This document shows, one piece after another, positions 12,879 to 25,261 of a DNA stretch of 64,000 nucleotides. The notes under the pieces are model-generated. The model ran no database searches and was not told the DNA's origin. It saw only the letters and a list, made by a program, of their open reading frames with translations. How positions within the stretch are numbered: position 1 is the first letter of the stretch; each line of letters starts with the position of its first letter. This stretch comes from Octopus vulgaris. Taxonomy: Eukaryota. Location: the NCBI GenBank assembly GCA_951406725.2, contig OX597823.1, positions 96,782,001 through 96,846,000 of the forward strand, in the 5' to 3' direction. The position numbers were made by a program, and so were the translations under genes.

Positions 12879-12984
12879 CTTTCGGGGTCGATAAATTAAG
12901 TACCAGTTACGCACTGGGGTCGATATAATCGACTTAATCCGTTTGTCTGTCCTTGTTTGGCCCCTTGTGGGTAGTAAAGAAATA
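12879..12984 (+). mobile_element. 5'-truncated young SINE B inserted antisense into an older SINE B (12790-13122, minus)
   Basis: 15-bp TSD GGTATTTATTTCATC at 12864-12878 and 12985-12999. Confidence 0.9.
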
Positions 12985-13492
12985 GGTATTTATTTCATCA
13001 ATTCCAAAAGAATGAATGGCAAAGTTGACCTTGGTGGCATTTGAACTCAGAACGTAAAGAGAGAGATGAGATGCCACTAAGCATTTCGTCCAGTATGCTA
13101 ACAATTCTGCCAGCTTGCTGCCTTGGTTTAAAAAGAAATAAAAGAGTCTTACGTAAAAATCTATGAAGGAAAGTTTTAAATTTAAATATGGACATTTTAG
13201 AATTAGGGATTTTGTAATATAAAATCATAGGTGGGTTGGTATGAAAAGGGGTTTTAAATTATAAGTAATGTTTGTTGCCAGTTTAAATAGTAAAGAGTAG
13301 GAAAAGTTCTTTCCTCTGTGTTTGCATGAGTGTGTATGTGTGTGCATACATGTTTGTCTGAGTGGGTTCATGTGTCTCTTCTTCACATATATTCACTATA
13401 AACAACAGGACATGTGGCATTTTTTTTTTCAATTCAATTTTTATTGGCTCAAAAAGCAAAAGCAAGGCCATATAGGGGGACAGGGAGGGTGG

Positions 13493-13682
13493 TCATACAA
13501 AGAGTTCAGGCCATTTCTGGTCAAGAGAGACTTTGAACCGAGCGGTCGTCGGCATCTTCACTATCTCGTCACTGCAGTCAACCACATAGAGCATGTTCTG
13601 GTTTCTTGACATATCTTGACATGTCGCACCGTCTTCGTAAACAAAAGACTCCTTCATATGATGTTCTTTATTTCCAGTTAAC
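13493..13682 (-). CDS. Probable terminal coding exon of an unidentified host gene (LTGNKEHHMKESFVYEDGATCQDMSRNQNMLYVVDCSDEIVKMPTTARFKVSLDQKWPELFV*)
   Basis: Non-repetitive, higher-GC, CpG-retaining block. Acceptor GGTTTTGTAG|G at 13683/13682; only one minus frame is open (62 codons to TGA 13495-13493); AATAAA at 13445-13440. Unique AT-rich UTR-like sequence follows. Confidence 0.65.
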
Positions 13683-15635
13683 CTACAAAACCATATCCAC
13701 ATTATTTGTTGTTTGATAGACTCAGTGAAGTCGTTTCTTTGCTTGGAAACAGGTGAGGGTTAGTGACAGGAAGGGCATCTCAAAGCAGAAAACCTCCCTC
13801 CATCAATTCCATCTGACATATGCAGACACGGAAAACTGCTGAATGCCAAAACAACTACACCGATTATGTACATGAAGGGCGTTTACATGATGTAAAAATA
13901 CTGCAATGACACTTTTATGTATTCTCAAATGAATTTAGATCAAGCTAACCAAAGATATTCCAGTTGTGACCATCCTATCTTTTTTTTTTCCTAAACAAAA
14001 TGCAACTGGATATTCATTATTGAATGTTTCCGAATTTTTTTTCTAAGCTGACAGAGTGTAATTTGAGGCGACCAAAACTGCTAATTTTAGCAAGTTGAGT
14101 ATTGACTCGGAAGGTGTTAACACTGTATTGTATAAAGAAGACACAACATTGTGTGTAAAATACTGGGTCAATGCTGTTGTTGTATTTCAGAGAGTAATAT
14201 AGATATTGTGAAAGGAATTCAATATGTGTATGCAAGCATTAAGTTTCAGAGCAGAGTTTGCACAAATGTGCACTGAGAATTTATTTTTTATTTATATGTG
14301 CTTCGTTTGGAGTGAAAACAGTGTTCATGACCTGTTATTGGGTCTCTGAGATTAGCAGGAGAGAGGGAGGTACTTTCAAACCAGAAAATTTAACCTAAAT
14401 ACTTTCAACAGATTGGATGCTACTAAAGGCACCAAAGATGCTAGCTGCTGGTGTTTTAAACCAAGCAATGGCATATGTCTACTATCCATGTAGGCCATGG
14501 CAGGATCTGAACTCAGAACCCCAAGAGCTTGAACAAATACTACAAAGCATCTGGTGCAATGTTCTTACAGTTCTACCAATCCATTGCTCTGGATTGGTAC
14601 TTTTTTATTGTCCCTCTAAAGGATGAAAGTCAAAGTGGACCCTTGTGGGATTTGAACTCTGAGTGTCAAGTGTCAGAGCTAAAGCGATGTTCTAATGACT
14701 CTACCAATCTACAATATGAAGTCTACTATACCATACCCTAAAATCCAAAGATTATTTCCATAACTAACAACAGGAAAAAGATGGGGACTATAATGTTGAA
14801 GGGTTAAAGATGCTGTAATCTCCATCATGTGTTAAGGATTATCAGCCAAACTTCATGGGGATCAGTTTCACTCAATTAAACCCCAAAAATTTTATTGGTG
14901 AATTATTTTATTTTATTTTTTACTTTTTCCGTTCCAGGGGCTTAAATTTCTTTTATTTGTTTTTTAATATATTTATTTCTTAATATTAGATTTTTGAGGG
15001 AAATTTTTTGTTTGTAGCTATTTCTTTTAAGAATTAACTTATTTCTTAGTTAAATGTTGATGTGCCTATATCTAGGCCCAGGCATGGCTATGTGGTTAAG
15101 AAGTGCATTTCCCAACCACGTGGTTTCTGGTTCAACCCCACTGTGTGGCACTTTGGGTAAACATCTTTTACTATAACCCTAGGCCAACTTTGTGATTTGG
15201 TTGACAGAAAAAAGAAGCCCATCATATATATATATATATATATATATAGTGTGTGTGTGTGTGTGTGTGTTTGGTTGTGCTTGTTGAATGAGTTTATATC
15301 TCCAAGGCATGTGTGTTCAGTGATTGTAAACAAAGGTCCCACTTCCCACAGATGATGTCATTTACTTACACTACACCATGAGAACTTTTTCAGGCCCCTT
15401 GACATGTCTTGATTCGTTGCATGATCTTTGTAATCAAAAGGCTCATTCAAACACTGCTATCTGTTTCTAATTCTCTGGGCTGTTGTTCTACCTCACCTGG
15501 TCCCTGGGAAATCTTGACACCAGAGAAATCTCTATTCCAGCATACTCTTGACTGACCCATTCAAGCATCAATAGGCAGATGCTAGAATGATGATGATGTT
15601 AAATTTGCATTTCTCATAGCTGCTTCTTGAATACC

Positions 15636-15867
15636 TATTTCTTTACTACCCACAAGGGGCTAAACATAGAGGGGACAAACAAGGACAGACAAAGGTATTA
15701 AGTCGATAAAATCGACCCCAGTGCGTAACTGGTACTTAATTTATCGACCCCGAAAGGATGAAAGGCAAAGTCGACCTTGGCAGAATTTGAACTCAGAACG
15801 TAGCGTCAGACGAAATACCGCAACGCATTTTGCCCGGCGTGCTAACATTTCAGCCAGCTCACCGCCC
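15636..15867 (-). mobile_element. Full-length young SINE B
   Basis: 16-bp TSD CTGCTTCTTGAATACC (15620-15635, 15868-15883); close match to 55029-55258. Confidence 0.9.
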
Positions 15868-16525
15868 CTGCTTCTTGAATACCATCAATAGGGATCCACA
15901 GATACCTCTAACTGTCTTCCTGTACAAATGTCATGAAACGCTGACAAATTTCTCATTGATTAATAATCTTTTGGGTTACCTTGGTATGTTTCAGTGACCA
16001 GAACAGTGGCATGGATGGAGGAAGAATTTTTAAGCAATAATATTGCAGTTGTTAGAGCTTTGAATAAAATATATCTTGCAGTATATATTCCAGCTGTTCT
16101 TGGCTCCTTTTCCTATGTTTGCTTCTTTACACCTGGCACAAAGCCACCCCTTTCAGTCTTGCAATCCCACTCTGTCTAGGGGTATTGTCTTGTTCGTTAT
16201 TTGGTGACCTCATGAGTTGGTGCTGGAACCATGAGAAAAAGCAACTAGTATACTCTTTCGAGGGATTGGAATTATGAAGGGTATCCAGCAGTAGAAATCT
16301 CACCAAAGCAAACATTGCGCTATCCTTGCTGTATCCTGTTGAACCATCCAACCCATGCCAACAAGGAAGTCAAATGATGCCAGTGTTCTGAGTTCAAATC
16401 CTTCTGTGGTTAACTTTACTTTTTATCACTTTGTGGGTTGATAAATTAAAGTATCAGTCAAGGTCAATTTAATTAACTAATTCTGCCCCTTCCAGATTTC
16501 CAGCTTTGTGCTTATTATGTAAGAA

Positions 16526-16578
<53 letters not shown>

Positions 16579-17010
16579 GGTAAGCTGGCAGAATCATTAA
16601 AATGCCTGGCAAAATGCTTAGCGGTATTTCATCTGCCACTATGTTCTGAGTTCAAATTCTGCCAAGGTTGACTTTGCCTTTCATACTTTTGGGGTTGATA
16701 AAATAAGTACCAGTTGAGCACTGGGGGTGATGTAATTGACTCATCTCCTACTCCAAAACTGCTGCCCTTGTCACAAAATTTAAGATCATCATCATCATCA
16801 TCATTATTATTAAGGCGATGAGCTGGCAGAGTCGTTTGCATGCCAGACAAAATGTTTAGTGGCATTTGCTTTCTGAGCTCAACTTTGCCCTTCGTCCTTT
16901 CAGGGTCAACAAAACGAGTACCAGTCAAGCACTGGGGTTGATGTAATCAACCAGTCCCCTCCCACCAAATTTCTGGCCTTGTGCCTTTGGTGGAAAGGAT
17001 TATCATTAAT
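16579..17010 (+). mobile_element. Two head-to-tail older SINE B copies separated by (ATC)n/(ATT)n
   Basis: Two AGCTGGCAGA heads (16582, 16821) each followed by the family B core and tail. Confidence 0.8.
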
Positions 17011-17203
17011 AACATTATTATTATTAAAAGCAAATATTTGTTATTACTGCTGTTTCTTTGGATATTGTTGTTTCTTCAAGTCTGTTTTTCTCACTTAATT
17101 CTCTGTTAACTCCCACTGTTAACCTAACTCTGTCCTTGTCATGTTCCTTCATAATCTCCCTTGTGGCAAATAAAGACATTTATCAATATTAACAATAAAT
17201 ACA

Positions 17204-17234
<31 letters not shown>

Positions 17235-17251
17235 CTTGTTAGATGGATAAT

Positions 17252-17282
<31 letters not shown>

Positions 17283-17322
17283 CTCAAGAATATTTAGATG
17301 TAGAAATGTATGCCATTTTTAG

Positions 17323-17690
17323 CAATAACAGCTGTTCGTTCTCTCCAGGCGTAAGTTAAACCATGTAGGATTAAAATGACATTTTTGTTTATGTTTAGAA
17401 TAAGGAAATAGGTTGCCAGCCTTTCCTAGCCTCTTTACAATGGGAATATTGTCCTGAAATTTAGGATTTTTTTGTTTTTCTTCTTTTCTAAATTGCTTAT
17501 TAAGAGGAACTGAGGCAAGAAACACACTTGACTCTTTTATAGAGAAAATGAAGGGAGAATGTTCTCCACAGACTGGAGGCTTGGCCTTCAGTGTTTGGAC
17601 AGAGTGGACACTGATAAAATACCCAATGTCCAGACAGTGGAGTTAAACTGTCCCATGGATGACATGTGCTACTCATTATTATTGTCTTAA
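17323..17690 (+). other. Candidate plus-strand two-exon fragment (17323-17350, 17543-17690)
   Basis: TTTTTAG|28 nt|GTAAGT, then CTCTTTTATAG| and a phase-compatible open frame AITAVRSLQA-ENEGRMFSTDWRLGLQCLDRVDTDKIPNVQTVELNCPMDDMCYSLLLS*. No homology recognised. Confidence 0.3.
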
Positions 17691-18025
17691 TTTTTAGGAC
17701 AATATTAACACTTTCACGGCTATATTTCTAATGAAGATCACTGAAGTTTTTTTTGCTTTGTCCCAATTAAATTTGAATATAGTTATGACTTTTAAGGGGT
17801 TTAATAAAATAGCTGTAACTTTAATATCATTATCATCGTCTTTATTTTTATGTCTAATTTTTCTTGCTTGCATGGGTTAGACAAAAATCATTGAGGCAGA
17901 TTTTCTATGGCCTCAGGATGTTCTTACCCTCACCAACCCTCATATATATATAATATACTTTATATCACGCACACATACACGTGTGTATGTGCACACATAT
18001 ATATATATATATATGTTTTGAATGT

Positions 18026-18063
<38 letters not shown>

Positions 18064-19189
18064 ATGCACATGCATGCACACACACACACACACATACTGG
18101 TAGGTGATAGTAGATTATGCATGAAATAAAAAATACCTTGTGGTATTTATGATACATTTATGTCCCTTTAAATCAGGTCAACTTTGCCTTTTATTCTCTC
18201 TGAAATCAATAAAACAAGTCTGAAAGAAAGTACTGGAATCAATATTATTAACAGAAACAAATTCTCTGAAGGCTGTGCTACAGCATGGCCGTAACCCAAT
18301 GAAGTAACTTAATGCAAAAAAATTATCAAATATATTTTTTTTAAATAGAAACAGCATTACAGCTTTTTATTTGTGTTGAAGTTATTTATAAAACTGATGT
18401 TAACAACAGCTTAATGATTTGTTAATTAGGCATGAAAAAGTGGTGGGGGGAGCAAAATTAGATGAGGATGGGTAAGAGGGTGGGAAGGAGGGAAAAATTG
18501 CTGGATTCATGTTCTGTTAACTCACCTCCATCACCCCAAGAGACTTTTTAGAGCACAATATATAGAAGCTGTATATTTCAATTGCTTATAGAACAAGCCA
18601 ACAAAAGGGAGCTAGAATTTTAAGGGAGTGGAACTGCAAGCATATAAGAACCCACGGGAGCATATCTATGCTTCAGAAAATAGTAATGAGTTCATAATTT
18701 TATAAATTCAGAGCCATGCAACTGCCATTAAATTGCTGTTCTGGTTTTTGAGGCTGAAACTTGTTTTCGCATTTTTTATCCTTTTGCATATGAGTTTTAA
18801 AGAGCATTCGAGCGTGGTTTCAAATTTCATTGTTGGGAAGGTGTTCCCCCACCCCTACTCTACATATTCTCTCGATCTGCTAAAAATAGCAGCAGCCAAA
18901 TTTCCCCTTAAACCATCACCACCACCATCACCATCGCCATCATCTTTGTTTTATATGTGCACATTTTTACCGTTGCATGAGTCAAGGAAGATTATGTTGG
19001 TGCAGTGTTTTTTATGCTCTCCTTCCTGTTGTTAACCTCTACTTGTTTCCAGGTGGAATACTAGTCTCCCAGTCTGCTGAACAGCAAACAAGCTGGACAT
19101 GTTTATTTGGAGAACTAGAAACAAATGACACCATTGCAACAAGTCTATGAAGAGGTTTTATCTCAGACAATTCCACAACATCGTGCCAT

Positions 19190-19545
19190 AAAGAGTAAGC
19201 TACAAACCGTCATTTGCACCACATTCTCAGGATCTGGTGCCTGGACAAAATTTCAAACAGAAGTCTGTAGGACAGAACAAGCCAAGAAATTCTGAAGAGG
19301 AAATGGGACTCGATTGGTCACACTCTAAGGAAACTTCCAAGCAGCATTACAAGACAAGAGTTAGACTGGCAACCAGAAGGAAGGAGGAAGGTTCCTGGAG
19401 GAGCTAAGAAGACTTGGAAAGGATGCATGGAAGATGAGGCAGAAACAGTCAGTCTCTCTTGATTGGAAATCCAAGAAGTAGCCCAAGATTGCATTCACTG
19501 GCATGAAATAGTCATGGCTCTATGCTCCTTAAGGAGTAATATGAA
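19190..19545 (+). pseudogene. RTE-clade LINE ORF C-terminal relic
   Basis: RHLHHILRIWCLDKISN..ILKRKWDSIGHTLRK..ITRQELDWQPEGRRK..KKTW..VAQDCIHW..MALCS matches the conserved RTE C-terminus (RRILRIxWxDxISN, RRWxWIGHTLRK, ALxWNPQGKRKxGRPKxTW). Confidence 0.85.
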
Positions 19546-20732
19546 CCAACTAATGCCGTAAAATGGTCGTGTATACACTTGAGTGTGATACACAGTTGGT
19601 AAGACAATATCATTTTCATTGCTGTTTAGGTTTTAATGCTTATCATCATCATCATTGTTCGACCGTGGTCGAGACTTTCAGTCTTTTCAAATGGCTAATA
19701 ATGTGTGCGCGCGCCACTACTACACACATAATGCTTAACCACAATGACAGCTTAAATGACAGAGACAGGAGGTCATTTAAACAGATAAAGAACCATAAAG
19801 AATGAATATATAGATTATGTCGGTTATTCATATATACTGTAAGTAAAACTACTGCATTATCTAATGTGTCTGATCATGTTTTTAAAATGGTAGGAGTGTA
19901 ATTTGAGAGGGGTTTGACTGTTATTTCTAGCACAGTGTGTGACTGTGTAGATATACTTGTGATACTGTAACAGGCAAAAATGAATGGTCCTGATTGGGAA
20001 AATTTATGAACTAAGCTAAGTGTGGGAAATTTAGCTTTGAATCACATCCAATAAGGGTGGGGGAAGGGGATTTAATCAATCTAAGGTGTTTAACTCGGCT
20101 GGCAAATTGCCGATAAAAACAAACTTTACCAAAATATTTTTTATTAGATAATAGACTGATGGACCAAATGCCTGGAGTTATTTTGCTCTATTTCTTTAGA
20201 TTTCAAGTTCAAATCTTATCAGGCCAACTTTTCTCTTTCATTTTTCTAGGTCTAATAAAATTAAGTAGCTGTCATGTACTGGGGGTTGATATAATGTACA
20301 ATTACACTGGAATGTATAATAGAATATAGCACAATGTAGAATACCAGCACATATTATATTGTCAGTTGACTATACATGTAGCTAAAAGTAATATTTCTGC
20401 ATGGCAAGACATGTTTTCATTGAGCATTAGAAATGAATGACCATGCCATCTCAAGCCAAGGTGACCCCCCACACACACACACCCATATTGGGTGTACATT
20501 TTCACACTGAGTGAAATGATGAGGGAATCTAATGAAGGACTTATCTAAACAATCACCTGAGAGCATGCATTTTACACCTTGGATGTATGATAAGGATTAC
20601 ACAACACCTCACACCAATGTACTACAGGTATAAAAATGGGTTGAAAGAATTGTAGTGATTTTAAGTAAAGAATGTCATTCATTTTACTTTCTATCAGTTT
20701 ATCCATCTATCCTTCCATCCATTCGTCCCTCT

Positions 20733-20780
<48 letters not shown>

Positions 20781-20804
20781 TTATTTATATTCATATTTAT
20801 ATAT

Positions 20805-21094
20805 TGATAGAAATGGCAAGACAACAAAAGAATGAAAGAGACCTTGATATTATGTAAATAGAGGAAATTTATCTGTAAATGTAATATGAGACAATTATTC
20901 AGTAGCCAAGATAAAACTCCGAGTTTCGGATGTCGGGGCGGAAATCCACTCCGGCATCTCTTTAGTTATCGGGCCATCGAAAAAATGCTATGATGGCCTG
21001 ATAACTGAAGAGATGCTGGCATGGGTTTCCACCCTGACATCTGAAATTTGGAGTTTTATCATGGCTACCAAATAATTGTTACATTATATTTACA
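20805..21094. mobile_element. Palindromic Penelope-like terminal-repeat element (family P1) in (TA)n
   Basis: Arms 20874-20978 and 20992-21094; each arm holds a hammerhead fold. Further copies at 21677-21842 and 35898-36092. Confidence 0.75.
20995..21066 (+). ncRNA. Minimal type I hammerhead ribozyme motif
   Basis: GATAA-CTGAAGA-GATG..CATC-T-GAAA-TTTGGAG-TT-TTATC. The mirror arm (minus strand) has intact CGAAACTCGGAGTT; stem I is GATAA/TTATC. Confidence 0.7.
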
Positions 21095-21112
21095 TATATA
21101 TATACACACATA

Positions 21113-21156
<44 letters not shown>

Positions 21157-21254
21157 TAATAATAAAAGGGTGAAATTAATTAATTAGGGATAATTATCAA
21201 TTACACCAAGTAGATTTCGGTATGTAAAAGCCCCATTCGAGGAAAATTTAAGTA

Positions 21255-21483
21255 ATACTAAGTAATTAAGGGTTTAGCAACGAATTGCCTCACCAACACA
21301 CCGAATTTAGAAATAGCAGTCAAAGAGATATAGCTATTCCTTCTACTAAAAGGGGGATCTCAGTAAAAACACAGCACTCTGAGATCCCCCTTTTAGTAGA
21401 AGGAATAGCTATATCTCTTTGACTGCTATTTCTAAATTCGGTGTGTTGGTGAGGCAATTCGTTGCTAAACCCTTAATTACTTA

Positions 21484-21487
<4 letters not shown>
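21255..21487. repeat. Perfect 109-bp inverted repeat with 15-nt spacer
   Basis: 21255-21363 is the exact reverse complement of 21379-21487. The element lies between (TA)n runs. Confidence 0.95.
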
Positions 21488-21527
<40 letters not shown>

Positions 21528-21676
21528 TAATAAATAAATAAAATATATGCATATATACATACATATATGTACGTACCTACCTCTACATGTATATATACAT
21601 GCATGTATGGGTACAGGACACCAAAAAAACGTCGAACACAATGAGAAACGAAAACATAAACACAAAACCAAAGAAA

Positions 21677-21842
21677 TCTGTAAAATAATATGTGACAATT
21701 ATTCAATAGCCAAGATAAAACTCTGAATTTTGGATGCCGAGGTGGAAATCCACAACACCATCTCTTCGGTTATCTGGCCATCTCTATTTACATAATATTG
21801 AGGTCTCTTTCTTTCTTTTGTTATCTTACCGTTTTTACCAAT
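21677..21842. mobile_element. Rearranged copy of family P1
   Basis: 21677-21780 matches 20871-20978; 21782-21842 is the inverted equivalent of 20805-20863. Confidence 0.8.
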
Positions 21843-22567
21843 ATATATATATATATATATATATGAAAGGATTCTTTCAGTTTCTGTCTAGCAAATCCAC
21901 CCACAAGGCTTTGGTTGGACAAGGGTTATAGAAGAAGGCACTTGGCATGTGGACATGTATGGTTTACATGTGTGCAGTTATGTATGTGCTACAAAGTTGC
22001 GTTGTTTCATTTTAAAGTTGTGTTACCTGCAAACACCTGTTGCTACATGTTTAAACATTCATTTTATAATTGCACGTTCTTAAAATTGTAAAATATTTAC
22101 AATTGTTATAAATATAGATATCCACTTACAGCAGTCTGTGTTACCAAATTGCTTCATGTGATGATGAATGAGCTTCTATATGGTTGCTCACTCTGCTAAA
22201 AACAACAGCCAAATTTCTTTCAATCAAGCTCCAATGTTGTTAGAAAAAGAACACCTTTGAAATAACATGGTCCAGGATATTCTACCAAAACAAAATTAAT
22301 AAAAAGAAAGACGACAGGATGGTCATGGTTGGAATATTTTTGATCATAAGTCTACTCAGTCATGGTTGCACTAGAGCTAAACAGCAACCAAATGATGTTA
22401 TGAAGTTAGCCCTAACCTTGACCCACTTATAATGAAAAAGGAAACCTATCTGAGGATATCTGATATTTTACCCTAAACTTGATTTCGTTTGATAAAAAAT
22501 ATACTAAAATAAAGACAAAAGAAAACTTACTTCATTTTTGCTTAAGCTTATTCTATTATGTTATGTG

Positions 22568-22890
22568 AAGGCGCATGGCTTAGTGGTTAGGGCATTCGGC
22601 TCACCATCGTAAGGTCGTCAGTTCAATTCCCAGTGATGTGTTCTGTCCTTGAGTGAGACACTTTATTTCATGTTACTCCAGTCTACTCAGCTGGCAAAAA
22701 TGAGCAGTACCTGTACTTCAAGGGAGCCAGCCTTGTCACACTCTGTGTCATGCTGAATCTCCCTGAGAACTACGCTAGGGGTACACGTGTCTATGGATTA
22801 CTCAGCCACTTGCATGTTAATTTCACAAGCAAGCTGTTCCGTTGATCATATCAGCTGGAACCCTCATCATCATAACCGACAGAGTGCTCC
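22568..22890 (+). mobile_element. tRNA-derived SINE family D
   Basis: A-box TGGCTTAGTGG, B-box GTTCAATTC, TCCTTGAG..ACACTT core. Confidence 0.85.
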
Positions 22891-22943
22891 TTTTATTATG
22901 TTATACAATCTGAGTCATTACTTAGAAATACTATATTTAAACC

Positions 22944-23252
22944 TCGGTTACTACGACAGAGGCCCCAGTTGGTTCTATTCATAAAGCTGCCTGCTTGTGA
23001 AATTAATATACATGTGACCGAGCGCTCCTCACACACATTCAACCTTAACATAGTTCTTGGGCAGATTCAGCATTACACAGAATGGGACAAGGCTGACCCT
23101 TTGAATTACCGGTACAACTCATTTCTCCCAGCTGAGCAGACTGCAACAGCATGAAACAAAGTGTTTTGCTCAAGGAGACAACGATCTGCTAGGTATTGAA
23201 CTCATGTCCTTACAATTATGAACTGAATACCCTAAACACTAAGCCATGCACC
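22944..23252 (-). mobile_element. SINE family D-related copy, tail-to-tail with 22568-22890
   Basis: Reverse-complement head (AACACTAAGCCATGCACC) and shared body motifs (GTGAAATTAA, CAGATTCAGC). Confidence 0.75.
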
Positions 23253-23322
23253 AGCATACCAGGTACAATACTTATATTTTAATCATTGGCATGGCTATAT
23301 AGGCACAGGTGTGGTCATATAG

Positions 23323-23481
23323 GTGGTGGCATGGCTGTGTGGTTAAGAAGCTCTCTTTGCAATCACATGGTTTTGGGTTCTATCCCACTGCACAGCACCT
23401 TGGGCAAGTATCTTCTATGATAGCTCCAGCCCAATCAATACCTTGGAAGTAAATTAGGTAGGTGGAAACTGTGTAAGCAGC

Positions 23482-23518
<37 letters not shown>

Positions 23519-23770
23519 GTTCCTTGGCTTGACATCACATAATAGCTGTAAATGAGTGTCACCATCATACAAGCAGTGTCATTTGTTTCCAGCCTTCCCT
23601 GACAGCATGTCCAGTCATGGGGAAATATTACTTTGATTGGAAACAAGGGAATGTTGGCAACAGGAAGGGCATTCAGGGTGCAGAAAATTTGCCTCAACAA
23701 ATACTCTCTGACTCATGCAAGCAAGGGAAACAGAACATTAAAATAATGACATCAATGACGATGATGGTGG
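23323..23770 (+). mobile_element. SINE family A2 (A head + RTE-type tail)
   Basis: Family A head, (TG)n, then GTTGGCAACAGGAAGGGCATTCAG..CATGCAAGCA..CATTAAA and GAT repeats. Confidence 0.75.
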
Positions 23771-25210
23771 TGGTGGTGGTGGTAACGATGATGATGATAA
23801 TGATGATTAATTAGTAAAGTTGTGGAATATTACAAAACACTAATTAATCTTGTTATTTTATTTTCTCTTCTCATTTTCCCAATTCTTATTTCATTTGTAT
23901 GTTGAATGTTCTAATTAAGAGCATTGCAATTTGAGTAGCCAGACTATTGCTTAACGAGACTGACAGTAATTTTGCTATTGTCCTTGTGAGCTTTTGCTGA
24001 CATACTTGCTGCTATGAATTTACTCAATTAAAAGAAAATTAATTAAATTAGATATCACAGACCTAAAGAATTAGTAAATAATTCTTTAAAGTGTGCACTG
24101 CACCATCACCTCTTAGATCTAACCATTAAAATGTTAGGTGCCACAATTTATACCTTTTTGTTTGCTTGATTCCTTCAGTGTTTCAGAAAGTAAATTGGTG
24201 ATTTGCAGTGCTTGAGAAGATCCATCCAGCTAAGCACAAATGAGGCCCTAAAGGCATGTCCTTTTTGTCCATCTTACTTCCTCACACACAAAATCTGTTC
24301 CCTGAAAAACCTCTTCCCCCCATAATCCATTTCCTTGACCCTTTCATCCCCCCCACCACCACCACCACTTGAACTCACCATCCATTGTATTACCCTCCCC
24401 TCTATTTCCCCACTCTCCTTCATGAACCTACCTGCTCACAGTTTGTCCCTGTTTTTCTCACAACACACCCTTCTAATATGCCCTCCCCTTGTCTGTGTCC
24501 ACTCATTGCATTCCCTCCACCCACCATCTCCTGCCCTCCTTTTGCAACATCACAAACTTACCCACCCACCCAAACCCCTAATCCACTTCACTAAATACAC
24601 CTCCCTGTAACTTGCGGGTGTTCTCCCCCCCATCATCTCATCTTTACCATCTTATCTCCCCCCACCTGAGACAACCATGTTTCTTCTCTAGTGCAACACA
24701 CCTTTTCCTGTCCATCAATAATACTCCTCCATCTCAGTTGAAGGGCCTTGTCTTCCAAGATTTTTGGAAAAAGCACCCACCACTCTCTGTAAAGTGGTTG
24801 GCATTAAGGGTGGCATCCAATCTTTGAAACCTTGCCAAAACAGAAGACAGGGATGGGTGCAGTCTTCTGACTTTGCAGCCAATTCCTACCAACCCATCCA
24901 ACCCATGCCAGCATTGAAAACAGTCATTAAACAATGATGATGCTGTTGATGATGGTGTACCAGACACCAGTGTAATAATGACAAAGTTATTTTACCAAAT
25001 TCTTTGTTATTCTCAAAATTTATTGAAACAAAGGCAATATATTTCAACAGAAATAAGATCACAAAGGGGTTACCCGTTTTGATACCAGTCCACCTGAGAC
25101 TATGAGGTACAAACTTCCTGTGTTAAAGTGATCTAGGAACAAAACAAAAAACTTGGCAATTCTGAAACAACAATTGTTTACCATATTTCTGTTGAGATGC
25201 AGCACAAAGT

Positions 25211-25261
25211 TTTGTCAGTGAACAGTTTGCAGTCTCAAAGCGACGAAAATATTTTGACAAA
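25211..25261 (+). ncRNA. Minimal type I hammerhead motif with G3-C8 swapped core, inside a ~260-bp element (25136-25398)
   Basis: TTTGTCA-GTGAACA-GTTTGC-AGTCTCAAA-GCGAC-GAAA-ATAT-TT-TGACAAA: perfect 7-bp stem I, stem II, palindromic AATATT stem III. Confidence 0.7.

Noticed and set aside
13322-13609. Plus-strand ORF overlapping the candidate exon
   Set aside because: Starts in low-complexity sequence and lacks good splice signals; likely a shadow of the minus-strand frame.
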